In this document: positions 47,690 through 60,358 of the stretch, in pieces
Layout: each line of letters opens with the position of its first letter
Position numbering within the stretch: position 1 is the stretch's first letter
NCBI GenBank assembly: GCA_032718475.1
Contig: JAUCBJ010004959.1
Coordinates: 1-64,000 of the forward strand
Length of the DNA: 64,000 nucleotides
Direction: 5' to 3'
Origin: Nemertoderma westbladi
Lineage: Eukaryota > Animalia > Xenacoelomorpha
The notes under the pieces: model-generated
Database searches by the model: none
Seen by the model: the letters and a program-made list of their open reading frames with translations, nothing else
Told to the model about the DNA's origin: nothing
Translations under genes and position numbers: made by a program

Positions 47690-49533
47690 TATCGCCTTAT
47701 CGCACTATCTCCACTGTAAGTATCTTTGCGAAAATTGTTGAATCCATTATTCTCAGAGAGGTCCTTAACACGTGTGATCTCATTTCAACTTCCCAGATGG
47801 CCTAACAATTTAAATTAGGCTCAGATATTTGTCCTATACATTATACAATATTTGAATGTCTTGAGTTTCAACGCTAAAGGGGTCAAACTGTGAATTTTTC
47901 AAACTGTGAATTCCGATGGTTATGTATATAGTATCAACAACATGTGGCTTGGCGCGATTGCATATGCCGACGACTTACTCATCATAGAGAATTCGCCTTC
48001 CAAAATAGAACATCAAGTGCAATTGATTACCAGCAAACTCAACATTATTCACATGAGTGTCGAGAGCAGTAAATCCAAGTGGTCTTACATATGGTCACGG
48101 CCACCGTCCTACATATGGTCACGGTCACCGTCCTACATATGGTCACGGTCACCGTCCTACATATGGTCACGGTCACCGTCCTACATATGGTCACGGCCAC
48201 CGTCCTACATATGGTCACGGTCACCGTCCTACATATGGTCACGGTCACCGTCCTACATATGGTCACGGTCACCGTCCTACATATGGTCACGGCCACCGTC
48301 CTACATATGGTCACGGTCACCGTCCTACATATGGTCACGGCCACCGTCCTACATATGGTCACGGTCACCGCCCTACATATGGTCACGGTCACCGTCCTAC
48401 ATATGGTCACGGTCACCGTCATCATACAGCAAATATACCAACTCTAATAATCATGAACGGCACATTTCACCTTCATTAACCTTTCGCGGTTGTAAAATTA
48501 ACTCCCAGTCAAACTATATTGTGGGGGAATTCATTCGAGCAATCATATCCTTATCCGCTACGTTTCAAATTAATAGCTGGACCGGTGGCTCGACATTGGG
48601 TCCCTTCTGTGGAATGCTCTAGCTATCCCCGCTATCACATACAGTAAGAAGTTTTTAATTGGGTCGACATCCCCCACAAAGCTTGATGATGTCGATGTGG
48701 TGTTTAGGAATGCACTTCGTGCTTTACTGAATGAAGGAACAGTAATGATATCACCTACAATCTCCTTCACAGTAAACCTATACCACTGGTAGATAGGAAG
48801 GGAAACTGGAGGCATATTCTGAATGTATTTTCTGTACCCTTAGAGTGTCGCATTGTTCAAACACCATGCTACAAACCATTTTAAGAATTTCTCTTCAACT
48901 TAACCCAAACACCAAACCCAGGTACATTGGTCTTGGGAGCACAAGTGCCTCGACGCATAACCGATGTCGCACATCAACTCACTCCTTACATACAATTACA
49001 CCAAACAAAACCTTTTAGGTCGCATGCAACCAGGACCGCTCTCCTCTGGGGAGCTTGTCTTGTCAAATGTTCATTCATATCGAACTGTTTCAACCATCAC
49101 TTCCTACATTAAGAGTCCACTAGGATATCGATTGTGCAGTTTTTATTTTATTTTCTTTTTTGTTTTGTTTCTTTTTAAGATATGATTGATTATTCCGAGG
49201 GGATTGGTAGTTGGATTTAAACCTACTGGATCACACATTGTTGTTTAATTCATTAGGATTAGAGTGTATTATTTTTCGAAACTTTCACAAGTATGCTATT
49301 TGGATCATTCAATGTTCAGGATTAGGACAATTTTACCAGCAATATATAATTCTATGTCAAACCATTTTACTCCGCAGTTCCTATATAATATTTTACCGTA
49401 TTGTAGTGCAGTCAGACTATCTTACTCACGCTGCACTCACACCATGTACTATGGTACGTTGTAACTAATATTATACAAAACGTCATTAATAAATGCCGGC
49501 TTGACGGGGCGCACCAAGTGAAATGAAATGAAA
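47690..49533 (+). mobile_element. Degenerate non-LTR retrotransposon (RT remnant to 3' tail)
   Basis: YRLIALSP/VSIFAKIVESII-like start of RT at ~47690, AIAYADDLLII (YADD) in ORF 47906, AATAAA at ~49488 and (TGAAA)3 tail. Confidence 0.75.
48083..48418 (+). repeat. 24-bp minisatellite, 14 units (TCCTACATATGGTCACGGTCACCG), within the LINE RT remnant
   Basis: Direct count. In the RT frame it reads (SYIWSR[S/P]P)14. Confidence 0.95.
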
Positions 49534-49734
49534 TTAATTATTATCAAATATGAATATACATTTTGACAAGTAAATCTATATAATAATGATATTTTTTATT
49601 AAATTCTAGCATATTAATTACGCGTAATGAAGAAACAAGATGTAGCATTTTAAAAGCTCAACTAAATATTAATTAATATTCTAGAATAAAGACAAAAAAA
49701 GGACTATTATTCAATAAAAAAAAGTAAGCGGAAA

Positions 49735-49925
49735 ACAGAGTTTTTTTTCACTCACTTCAATTTAGCGAAATTCAACTATTCTGTCTGAGTGGTTGAGTTT
49801 TACAAGAGTTAGCAGGTTTTTAGCACAAGCGAAGCGAGTGTTAAAATACCAACGAGTGGAAATTCAACACACAAGGGCAGAATATCTGAATTTCGCTAAA
49901 GAAAATAAGTGGAAAATAGTGTTTA
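49735..49925. repeat. ~190-bp imperfect palindrome, probably the end of a hairpin-type element
   Basis: TTTAGCGAAATTCA-ACTATTCTG pairs with CAGAATATC-TGAATTTCGCTAAA, centred on AAGC-GAA-GCGAG. Confidence 0.6.
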
Positions 49926-50498
49926 CTGTTACGTTTTTATATCGAATATATTGTTTTATTTGAAAAAAAATATCACCAGCGTTATCAATGTTTACGACGT
50001 ATAAAATTACTATATTTTAATACGGAATCTCAAATCTTAAATAAATACATAGCTAGCTGTACGTACTGTAAGCTACCCGACAAGCCTCGGTCTACATCAT
50101 TATAATCATTATGCACCAGGAACTTACTCAATGATATGAAAGTATGTATCAATTTGATTATATTGTGTATTAAATAGTTCATAATAAAAAAAAAAATAAA
50201 TAAAAAAAAATTTGTTAAAAAAGGTAAAAAATTAGTTTAAAAAAAAGTAAAAAAATAAAAATTAGTTAAAAAAAGTTAAAAATTTGTTTAAAAAATACTT
50301 TTTTTAACTAATTTTCTGGAAATTAGTAAAAAAAAGTTAGATTAATTAACTCAATTTTAAAAATATTAGTGAGAAAAAGAGTCTTTTTCAAATAATACAA
50401 TAGAATATAATATAGCGATTTTCGTCTCAAAATTAGTATTTGGATATTCTCTTTGGCATTTTTTAGTAGTATTGTTCAAGTATTTTTCTAAAAATGGT

Positions 50499-51093
50499 TG
50501 TGGGGTGAGCAACGAAGTGAGCGAAGCATTAGCATATGGGTGCCATTAATGAGTTGTCTGTAGTCGTCGTCGCCTGTTGTCGTCGTCGTAAATTTTTGAT
50601 CGCTAATAACTCGTCATTCCTTGATGAAATTAAACGACACTTGGTACGTATGTAGTCCGGCAAAAGTTTAGAAAGGATCGGAAGTTTGGTAAAAAAAACT
50701 AACGAACGCAACGAGTTTATAGTGGATACAAGTATCCATCTGCCATAAATCAGCAGTTACTCTAATAGTTTCAAGACTTTCCATAGTTATAAAGGTCGTT
50801 AGTCTCCGCTTAGGAAAATTATTACGAGGTTAATGAAGGAGAAGAGTATTATAAAACTAAAAATGGCATACTTCACTTAAATAGCCCTAGTTAGTAGGTT
50901 TACAAATGACAGTTACAGTGTGTAAGTGCAAACTGAAATGACCTCTGTTATAACAAATATTTTTTCGCAAACTTATAGCATCGCCATCACTCATATATAT
51001 TTTGGGAAAGACGGTTTTCGTATATCTAATACAGAGTTTAGTATACAGTACTTTCTATAGGCTCTCGTGTTGCGCGAAGGCCCCACGAACGTG
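50499..51093 (+). mobile_element. Helentron-associated (HINE-like) element, third copy
   Basis: First ~210 bp nearly identical to 3021-3220, 3' end GTGTTGCGCGAAGGCCCCACGAACGTG. Confidence 0.6.
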
Positions 51094-51426
51094 TATATAT
51101 GTACCAGGACGTGCTGTGCAAGTGCAATTGTACAAACTGCATTCTGAATTGTATCTACAATAGGCCTAATCCATCACCCGTAGGCTTACTCTCTCGATAT
51201 TGTAATTTTACTTATTGATAACAATCTATTAAATATTTTATAATGAATCAACATTTGTATTGAAAGATAAATTTACTGGTGCCGGTGCCGGTATAATTAT
51301 AAAGAGAGAACCAACAGACTCCACCCCGTATTCTCTTGAAGTTAAACAAGAGAACAACGTTAACAGATCATGTCCCATCGAAGATCACAACAATTTTCCC
51401 TTTGGAGTAGATGTTGTCCCTGTACA

Positions 51427-53471
51427 GGGCAAATTCCACCATTGATGTACTGTAACACTTACGTCGGAAATAAAAAGTCATCTAATCGGCATAATTTTGG
51501 TATCAAAATGACGAGAAACAATGAAATTTGTAATAAAAGTGACGGATTTTTAATATTCTTGAGGGTAACAACTGGTTTTTCATTATTCAATATGAGGAAA
51601 TTTTTTTACGTATTTTCAAATTTGCAGAAATTAATCCATGTCATTTTTGACATAATCTTGTACTACCATTGAAATTGTCTGACTAAGACAGGTAATTACA
51701 CCAACCGAAAATTCAACATTTATTAGAAGCTATTGATGAAAAAAATTTGAATATAGACAGCGTAGCATTGTGTATTCAAAGTTTCAAAAATTTTAGATTT
51801 GGCCTACAGAATTATGTGAGTCCGTAACGAAAAGTACTTAAAGTTTTAATTTGGAGTACACCCCGCATGTACGGTATATTGCACTGATAATCATTTTCCT
51901 TTGGGTTTACAACCAATCAAAACCATCCATTAGGTCTCTATGTTCTGTATTGCAGCTGAAACGTTTAAGAACAGCGTTACGGACTCACACATTGTTCGTT
52001 ATGGACTCACCATGCGGTAGGTTAGGTAAGAATCATTCATTTTTTTATACAGTACATTATTCACGATGTAAACTGAAAGTATTCAGATCCTTTTAGTTTG
52101 ACAATTGTCCATCGACAGTACATTCGAACGTATTCATTCATACATCATACTACTGTACGACATTCTTCATTGCGCCCGTTTAATCCTTTAATCCTGTCTC
52201 TTACGTCTAATACTCACACTTCTGGTGCTGAAAGGGCCAAACGGCATATATCACCGATGACGGAAATTACTGACCAAGATGTTAAGTATGATACCCTCGA
52301 AGTTCCTCAAGATTTCATAAAACGAGTGAGCGAATGATGGATTGTGATACAAAAAAAAATCGTACGTTAGTACAGGGATTACGCACAAAGTCTCAATAAT
52401 TATTACCAGTGCGGTCCCCCCAGACCTACTGTATATTCCCCAAAGGAAACTCTAGTACTCATTTAGCTACCATTTACGGAAGGAAGAGATGCGCCCTGGC
52501 TAATAAGTCCCTTCATGGTCTTTAAAGTATTCGTGCCGAAACGAAAACTACCCTAGCCCCCACGATGGGATCGAAACCACGACCCAAGGAGAGATGTGAT
52601 TTCAATGCCACCGATTTAACCAACTACGCCAAGGTGGAATAACTTAAGTACAGTGATACATCGAAATACTGTTCAAAATTTATTTTTCAGTATAAAAAAT
52701 TTTCCGTGAACGTGGTATTTATGTTTTTAAAGAACTAGAAATTGGTCATTTTAACAAATTATGGTCATATGAACTTAGGATATTAAATATACACGAGTAC
52801 TATAATACACACACAAAATATGCCTACTCAATCTCATAGATATGATGTACCTTTATAACTTCATGAACAATACTAAAGATATATCTAATAGTGATTCTTA
52901 AGGTACATTGTGAAAGCGAAAGGTATATGAGCAATAAATATATTTATTGAATAAACACCATAAACATTCATTGGTCGTTACTCTTTTTGTCAACACAAAA
53001 TAACGAGTGCATAACGATTTCAAGTGTGAGTCCGTAACATTTTTTTCTGTGAGTCCGTAACGAACAATTTCTCTGTAAATGAGGTTTACCACCATATGTT
53101 TCTGCTATTCACTTACAAATTTACAAAATTTGATGTATCTACCTCGCATTGTGAAAGTTATAACGTATGGCGTTAAACATTTCAAGAGAATTTGTCAAAA
53201 TAAAATTGTGTAATTTTTCTTTGTCCATTTGCATTTGAGTCCGTAACGGGCACTATATTTACAATATCCTATGAATCAACTGAGATACAACTCTTTTTTT
53301 ATAAGTCAAAGTAAAGATGTACCATTAATCCATCAGCCACTATAGCTAATTGTTATTTCTATTGTAAAGTTGTTAATTAAATATGTCAAATTCGAAAATA
53401 AAATTTAAAATTTTCGAAAAAAAAATTTGAAAATTTCGTTCGAATGTGAGTCCGTAACGATGGAATTGCCC
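51427..53471. mobile_element. Non-autonomous TIR transposon (GGG termini, 4-bp TSD, Sola2-like)
   Basis: GGGCAAATTCCACC / GATGGAATTGCCC termini, TSD TACA/TACT. Motif TGAGTCCGTAAC at ~51817, 53027, 53050, 53236, 53447 and inverted at ~51977. Confidence 0.75.
52400..52635 (-). mobile_element. tRNA-derived SINE nested in the transposon
   Basis: Minus strand A box TGGCGTAGTTGG and B box GGTTTCGATCC with a tRNA-like head followed by non-tRNA body. The 3' boundary is approximate. Confidence 0.55.
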
Positions 53472-55892
53472 TACTAGATGACGAAGATATTTCTTATGAA
53501 CCATCTGGAGATTCTCTTGTTGTCGAAAAACGGGAAAACGACAGCCCAAATTGTTCGTATGGTAGGCCTATTGAAACTGAAGATGCAGACATTCATGGTC
53601 ATCAATCTGCTTCTGGGTTGCAGTTTATCAGTGTAAAATCTGAAGGTTGTTTTTTATTTTCTGAGTCATTAGCAGAAACTTTAACTTTTATAGAACAATT
53701 TAACGTTGCTGGTACCTCTCGTGACAACGTTGATCTTTACAGAACTACTGAACCGACAATCAGTAGTGCAACAACAGAATCAGATATTTCTAGTAAAACT
53801 ATTGGGGAGTTGGTATTTTCTTCAGGTACCAGTTACTGCTTCTTTTGCAATCAATTACATTAATGACAAAGGACATTTAGAGCGACATATAAAATCCGTT
53901 CATAAAGAAGTCAAGAATAAGTATAAATGCGATTATTGTGAGAAACGTTTTAGACGCAAGGATTATATAAAGATGCATGTTGACGCTATCCATAAACTTC
54001 ACAAACATAAGTGCGGTTATTGTACCTGTAATAAGGAATTCAGCCAGCAAGGCAAGCTAAACATCCATGTTAACTACATTCATAAAGATATCAGGTGTAC
54101 AGTAGGTGTTTTGATTGTGGAAAATCATTTGCTACAAAAGCCGTTCTAAAACAACATGTCGACTCTGTCCATAAAAAGATGCCAAACATAAATGTCGCTA
54201 TTGTACAGTAATAAAAAATTCACCCAGCAAGGCCGTCTAAACACTCATATCAATAGCTTTCATAATTAAATTATACGTTCGGTTATTGTAATAAAGAATT
54301 CAGCCAGCAAGGCTGTCTAAATACTCATGTCAACTACTTTCATAAAGATATCAAGTACAGCTGCTTTGATTTTCGGAAATCATTTGGAACAAAAAGCAAT
54401 CTAAAACGACATGTCAACTTTATCCATAAACATATCAAACATAAGTGCCGCTATTGTAATAAAGGATTCAGTCGGCAAGGCAATCTAAAGACCCACATCA
54501 ACTCTGTTCATAAGTCTTAAGGTTAAATTACAATATGTAGGGAACAATAGTTACTTCCTTTATTATTATAAGTTTATGTGGCGATTTTAATTGTTCCAAG
54601 TTCTTCGTGTTCCGACCGGGTCTAGGCTAGTGCTGTGAACTAAAGGAAAAATCGAAATTGATCTTTTGATCAGAAATTGTCTTTGGCATCTTTTCCAAAC
54701 TGAAACTTTTTTTTAAACTGAAGCTGGAATTAGAACTGAATTCCACAGAAAACTGAAGATATTATTAATGTTCCAAGGTCATGGTGTTCCGACCGTGTCT
54801 ACTGTAGACTAGTGTTGCGAACTAAAACTGAATTTTTTTTAGAATTTTTTCTGAACTGAAACTTATTTTTTTTAAACTAAAACTGGAACTATATCTGAAA
54901 CTGGCTACTTTACTGATAATGGAAATAGAACTGAATTGGAATTCTCTAACATTTAAAAATGAAAGTATATTTTATATATTAGGAAAAAAGAAGTATAGTA
55001 CAATGATACAAGTACAATGATTGCAGTGTTTGTAAACACAGTTTTAAAAAAAAAAAAATTTAATTTGATTTCTTCTGTAAATTATTACTCAATAAAATAC
55101 AAAACAAAGTATTGGAAAGAGAATTATTTTTTCTAAAAATAGCAACGAGTGCGAAATGCAATCAATACATCTGGACAGAAGAATATCGGAATTTTTTTTC
55201 TTGGAAATAATGAGTGATTTACTTTCCGGATACCGAGCGAGATCATGTTTACAGAGGCATCAGGGATAAGTGTTATTTTATTTTCATGATTAATAATTAA
55301 ATGGCTGCCATCGGGCGGTGACTTTCAAATCATTATCAACCAATCGGGTTCCATCATCTATTTATATACCGGCACTGTATTAAGAATAAAGTTGCAAAGT
55401 GTGGTGAATCTAGAACTTAAAGTAAATTGAAACTTTTTTTTTGGTAACTGTAACTGAATTACCGGAGTGGTTTATTTGAACTGAAACATGAACTGAATTT
55501 GAATATTTTTTTGGAAACTGCAACTTTAATTATTGTAGGGCCTACTCTCCATTATTTTACAAGCAATAGACTACAGTTGTTTAGGCCCACATGTCAAAGA
55601 TACAGTCGTGTCTCAAAGTGCATCTGTTCTTTGAGATTCTCTCAAAGAATTAAAAGTGTCTCAAAGTTCTAAAAGTGGTCCAAGAAATGACAAACTGACC
55701 TCAAATATTTCAATGTAAATCAAAGTCCTGTCTGTCTGTCATTTCAAAACTTCCCTTTCTGAAACTGTTGGGGGCTATCGGAATGTGATACCCTATCTAC
55801 TGTAGGACTATAGGCATATTAATGTACATGGCCTACTGTATTTCGGTTTAAATCTATATTGCTCGGTTTAGCCCACAGAGCCTTGACCTGTT

Positions 55893-56193
55893 GGGTGCAA
55901 TCTTCGCTCCCGGGAAATCTTCTCCGGCGTCCAATTTCGCCTGCATCCAATCTTCGCCCGGAACAAACCTTCGCCCGCAGGCAATCTTCGCCCTATACGA
56001 TTTGCGTTAGTACTGTATAACCATTTTAGTTACCAATTGAGGGAAAGGGGCAGGTTACAAAGACGGCTGTTTCTAACCAAAATAATAATTGTTTATTGGT
56101 CTAAGATTGCCTTTAGGCAAATGTTTCCGTCGGTCGATAGTGTGTTATTTTTAGGGCGAAGATTGCTCGCGGGCGAAGTTTGCTGCGTACCCC
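55893..56193. mobile_element. Small MITE with repeated ATCTTCGCCC subterminal motifs
   Basis: About 6 forward motifs on the left, 2 inverted (GGGCGAAG) on the right, GGGT...ACCC termini. Confidence 0.5.
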
Positions 56194-56435
56194 TTTAACC
56201 AAGAATTTCAATATGGCCAGCCAGCACTTATTTGCCAAACTGCTATTGCGGTGAAACGTTTTAGTAGCTTTCTTATGTTATATACAGTACAAAGATATAG
56301 CGGCTGGTACATAGAGAGAAATGATAAGAGCTCACTAATTGGCTGTTCCCACAGATACAGTACTGTAGGTTAGTTTTATGCACTGAAGGTACGCATATAG
56401 TCAGGCCGCCCGACCATAGTCTAGTCTGCACATTA

Positions 56436-57380
56436 TGTAATCAAATAGTACTACCCCACGGGGTGGGGGGGGGGGGGGGGGGGGGGGGGCAGCTTACTGA
56501 ACATGGGTTTATTGATATTGAATTGCAAAGCAAAATATGAACTGAGGGATTTCCCGCCGAGTCCTGAACCAGTTTCTGAAGTCAACACGCTAGGATATAT
56601 CGAATTAGTCCCGGGTCACACAAGGATATTAACTTCCAACTCTACTGTTAGTTGGTCTGGGTGGTCAAGCTGCCCAATCGCAGTTACAATCCAAGAAAAG
56701 CGGGGTCATCACAATCCAAGAAAAGCGGGGTCATCACACTCCAAGAAGGCCAAATGGGGGGGGGGGGGGGGGATTATTACAGTAGGCCTAGAGTAAGTAA
56801 AACAACGTAAGAGAGAAGCATTTCGAATTTAGGCTCTGTTAGCTTATTCAATCCCGCTAACACCCCATAAAGTTAAGCCGATAAGCAATATTGGGGGCCA
56901 CGAGATTGGGTAATCACCAACTCGTGTCACCCCAACAAAATGGGAAGGAGAAACACAATGAGGGTCAGGGGCCAAACCCCTAACCCAGAGAGAACAGGTG
57001 GAGTGAACGGGAACACTCCAAAGGGCGCCAACAAGGGTATCAACCAATCAGAGGGGGGAAAGGCATCGATTAGGTAGAGTAACAAGGCCAACCCGTGCAA
57101 TATAGCCAGTTGGCAGTAATCATTTCATTCAGTTATCTCAGTATCATATTGGTGCTAGTTAGGTTAGTTAGTTTAGCTAGGGAAGGACCGGGACTTTAAT
57201 TACCGTATCCCGCCTTCCGTATACGACAACATTATCCATATCTATACCTATATCTATATACCCGTACAACCGATTATTATATACGACGAACGACACGAAC
57301 TCTTTTTACCTTTCACACACGGCGGGGACGCGTGAACTAAACAACCGGATAAACCGGGATCCTTCCTGGATCCCGTCACA
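56436..57380 (+). repeat. Putative 5' LTR
   Basis: TGT...TCACA termini, TATA-like AATATA at ~57099 followed by CATTCAGTT, and gag ATG 75 bp downstream. No second LTR in the window and no canonical TGG PBS seen, so boundaries are uncertain. Confidence 0.35.
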
Positions 57381-59152
57381 GTAATTAAATCTCAGAGCTG
57401 CCGCCCTAGCTAGCTAAACCCAGCGACTACCAGCCACCAATCGAACCAAGCGAGATGAGTCAGTCGGGAGAGACGACGCCGACGCGGACCCCGGACGAAG
57501 AATTAACGATCCGCGAGGCCGCAACCAGGCGGTACAGGCCCACAACGCCGGACCCATCGGTAACGGGTCATCCGGCAGCTCAGGATGAGGGGGGCCGCCT
57601 GGAACCCGAGGTCGAGCCGAGAGAAGGAGAGAGCGAGACGGAGGGAGACGGAGACGAGTCGACACGAGACGTGGGTCGACGTACTGATGTCGCCGGCCAG
57701 CCACAGGCCGAGGGCGACGAGCGGCCCACCGAAACGGCGACGGTGGGGCCGACGGTACGACGCCGGACCCGGAGAGACGGAGGAGATGTCGGTACCGATG
57801 TCGCCGGCCAGCCACAGGCCGAGGGCGACGAGCGGCCCACCGAAACGGCGACGGTGGGGCCGACGGTACGACGCCGGACCCGGAGAGACGGAAGAGAGGT
57901 CGGCGACGAGGACGTCGGGGTTTCTGATCGACTTCGACGGGCCTACAACGCGACCCAGAAACTGTTAAAGGAGGCCAAAGAGGGGGCGAAGATAGACGAG
58001 GTGAGACTGAGGAAACGACTAGGTGAGTCGAATAGACACTTTTATTATCTAATGCGCTTCGGGCAAAGAGAACTGGCCAAGGAGAGAGCGAGAGGGGTTG
58101 CCGAGGAACTGTATGACTTATGGCGGTGTAGGGGTATGGAACCTAGCGTAGTGTACGTAGGGCCATACTTAGTCGATGCCCGGGGAGTAAAATTAGTGGG
58201 TTGGGAGAGACCTGAGGAGGACGAATCCGAGGTTAACCCCGAGGATTCGGCCTCGTCGGTCGGAGGAAGTTCCGGGAGGCGGGGGAAAGTTAGTAGGATC
58301 GGGGAGGCGGAGGGAATCCGTCTACAACCGATAAGTCTGCTACATCCTCCGTGAAAGAAAGACGGGTGAGAGAGATAAATGCCACGTACCGTCTCGATTT
58401 AATAGAGCAAGGTCAAAGGGAAGTAGGTAGACGGTTAGAGGAGGGGAGAGTGCTGCTAGAGAGGGAAATGGCGTTGATTAAGGAAACCGGAGAGAGGGCC
58501 GACGAGAAGCCTTAGGGAGTGTGAGGAAGTAGGGAGGAAGGAACAAGAAGAGCGCGAGGCGAGAGGGAAAAATGAGCGCAAAGAGCGTGAGGCGGAACGT
58601 AGGGAACGTGAGGCGAAAGAGGAAAACGAGTGCAAAGAGCGCGAGGAGAGAGAGGAAAACGAACGCAGAGAGCGTGAGGCGAGACGAAGGGAGGGGGCTA
58701 GAAGAGAGTTGGAATTGGCCGAACGGGACGCACGGGAGTGTAAGGAGAGAATGGCAAGGAAGGAGTGTGAGCAAAAAGAACTAGAGAAACGTCAAGGTGA
58801 GCTTACAGGGTACAAAGCTATACACGCGCGCGAACGGGAATTGGCGGGAATAGGGGCGTCTGAGAGTGGGGCTAGCTCGAGTATTTTCGAGGAGCCAGGG
58901 GCCGTGGATACATTTATTAATACCCCACTTACAGGGACCGCACGACAGACCCAAGACTGGTGTGACCGTACGGGCGGGGGGGGGGGGGTAATAATAATGC
59001 TATAGTAGACGTCATTAATATTAATAGTACCGTATTGGATAACCCTAATCCTTTTATTGCAGCAAATAATACTTTACCTAGTAGCAGTGATTTAAATTTA
59101 AATACAAATAATAATTTCAATTTAAATGTGCAAAATAATCCGAATAATAATT

Positions 59153-59263
59153 CGGATGGTTTACATGCCCGCCTAGGGGGGTTAATTCTGTTTGCACTTT
59201 TAAGACCTTTGGCAGTTTAACCCGCCAAATCTATATGTCTTCTAGGTTATAAATCGACTTTAG
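59153..59263 (+). mobile_element. Captured PPT plus LTR-start fragment of a different LTR family
   Basis: AGGGGGG-TTAATTC then TGTTTGCACTTTTAAGACCTTTGGCAGTTTAACCCGCCAAATCTATATGTCTT (59189), which matches the reverse complement of 10086-10010 (TGTACGCGCTTTTGAAGACCTTTAGCAGTTTAACCTGCCAAAATTTATATGTCTT). Confidence 0.8.
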
Positions 59264-60057
59264 GCGAGAGAAGAAAGGGAACGCAAGGAGCGTGAGGCAA
59301 GGGAGGAAAAGGAACGCAAGGAGCGTGAGGCAAGGGAGGAAAAGGAACGCAAAGAGCGTGAGGCGGAACGCAAGGAGCATGAGGCGAGAAAGGAAAGTGA
59401 ACGTAAGGAGCGTGAAGCGAGGCGAAGGGAGAGTGCTAGGAGAGTAGCAGAGTTGGCTGAGCGGGACGCGCGGGAGTGTGAGAGGAGAATGGCAGGAGCC
59501 GAGCGAGACCATGAGGAATTAAAGAGACGCCAAAGTGAGCTTGGGGAACATAGGGTTAGACGCGCGCACGAGCTGCAACTGGTGCGGGCGGGGGCGTCTG
59601 AGAGCGGGACTAGCTCGAGTATTTTCGAGGAGCCAGGGGCCGTGGATACATTTATTAATACCCCACTTACAGGGACCGCACGACAGACCCAAGACTGGTG
59701 TGACCGTACGGGCGGGGGGGGGGGGGGGGGGGTAATAATAATGCTATAGTAGACGTCATTAATATTAATAGTACCGTATTGGATAACCCTAATCCTTTTA
59801 TTGCAGCAAATAATACTTTACCTAGTAGCAGTGATTTAAATTTAAATACAAATAATAATTTCAATTTAAATGTGCAAAATAATCCGAATAATAATTTAAA
59901 TTGAGAAAACAATAATAATTCAAATAATTTAAGTAATGATCCAAGCCCGAATTTACAAAATAATTCAAATGATTTTGTTTCAAACGAACAAATTAATTCC
60001 GTTTCCAATATGGGTGCTATTAACGTGAACACGTCGGGCGTGTATGGCCAGGCAGAC

Positions 60058-60358
60058 GAAGGCCTGGTAGGCCGTATAATTGGTAGGCCGGATGTGGCGG
60101 GATTGAGCCAACCCAGAGAGGGCCTTGTAGGCCACGTAGTTGATAGGCAGGGAGTGGCTGGGTTGGGTAGACCCAGCGAGGGCCTGGTAGGCCACGTAGT
60201 TGGTAGGCAGGGAGCGGCTGGGTTGGGTAGACCCAGTGAGGGCCTGGTAGGCCACGTAGTTGATAGGCAGGGAGTGGCTGGGTTGGGTAGACCCAGCGGG
60301 GGCCTGGTAGGCCACGTAGTTGGTAGGCAGGGGGGTAGAGGGCCTGGTAGGCCACGCA
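60058..60358 (+). repeat. 60-bp coding tandem repeat (~5 units, GLVGHVVxRQGxAGLGRPSE) in gag
   Basis: GGCCTGGTAGGCC recurs at 60061, 60121, 60181, 60241 and 60301. Confidence 0.9.

Larger units (their letters stand above)
51242..54520 (+). pseudogene. C2H2 zinc-finger pseudogene (~8 fingers), split by a DNA transposon and frameshifted
   Basis: Removing 51427-53471 plus one TSD joins ...VDVVPV|LDDEDISY... in frame with ORF 53618. Fingers such as CDYCEKRFRRKDYIKMHVDAIH and CRYCNKGFSRQGNLKTHINSVH are spread over shifting frames, with an internal stop near 54267. Confidence 0.85.

Noticed and set aside
48045-48479. His/Gly-rich (YGHGHRPT)n and (VTVTICRT)n proteins
   Set aside because: Alternative frames of the 24-bp minisatellite within a dead LINE, with no signal peptide or gene structure.
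52555-52635. tRNA gene on the minus strand
   Set aside because: A and B boxes are present but I could not form a convincing cloverleaf. It continues into non-tRNA sequence and is better read as a SINE head.
54590-55520. AACTGAA-rich region with a ~180-bp duplication
   Set aside because: Probably a TE remnant, but no termini, TSD or coding signal could be defined.
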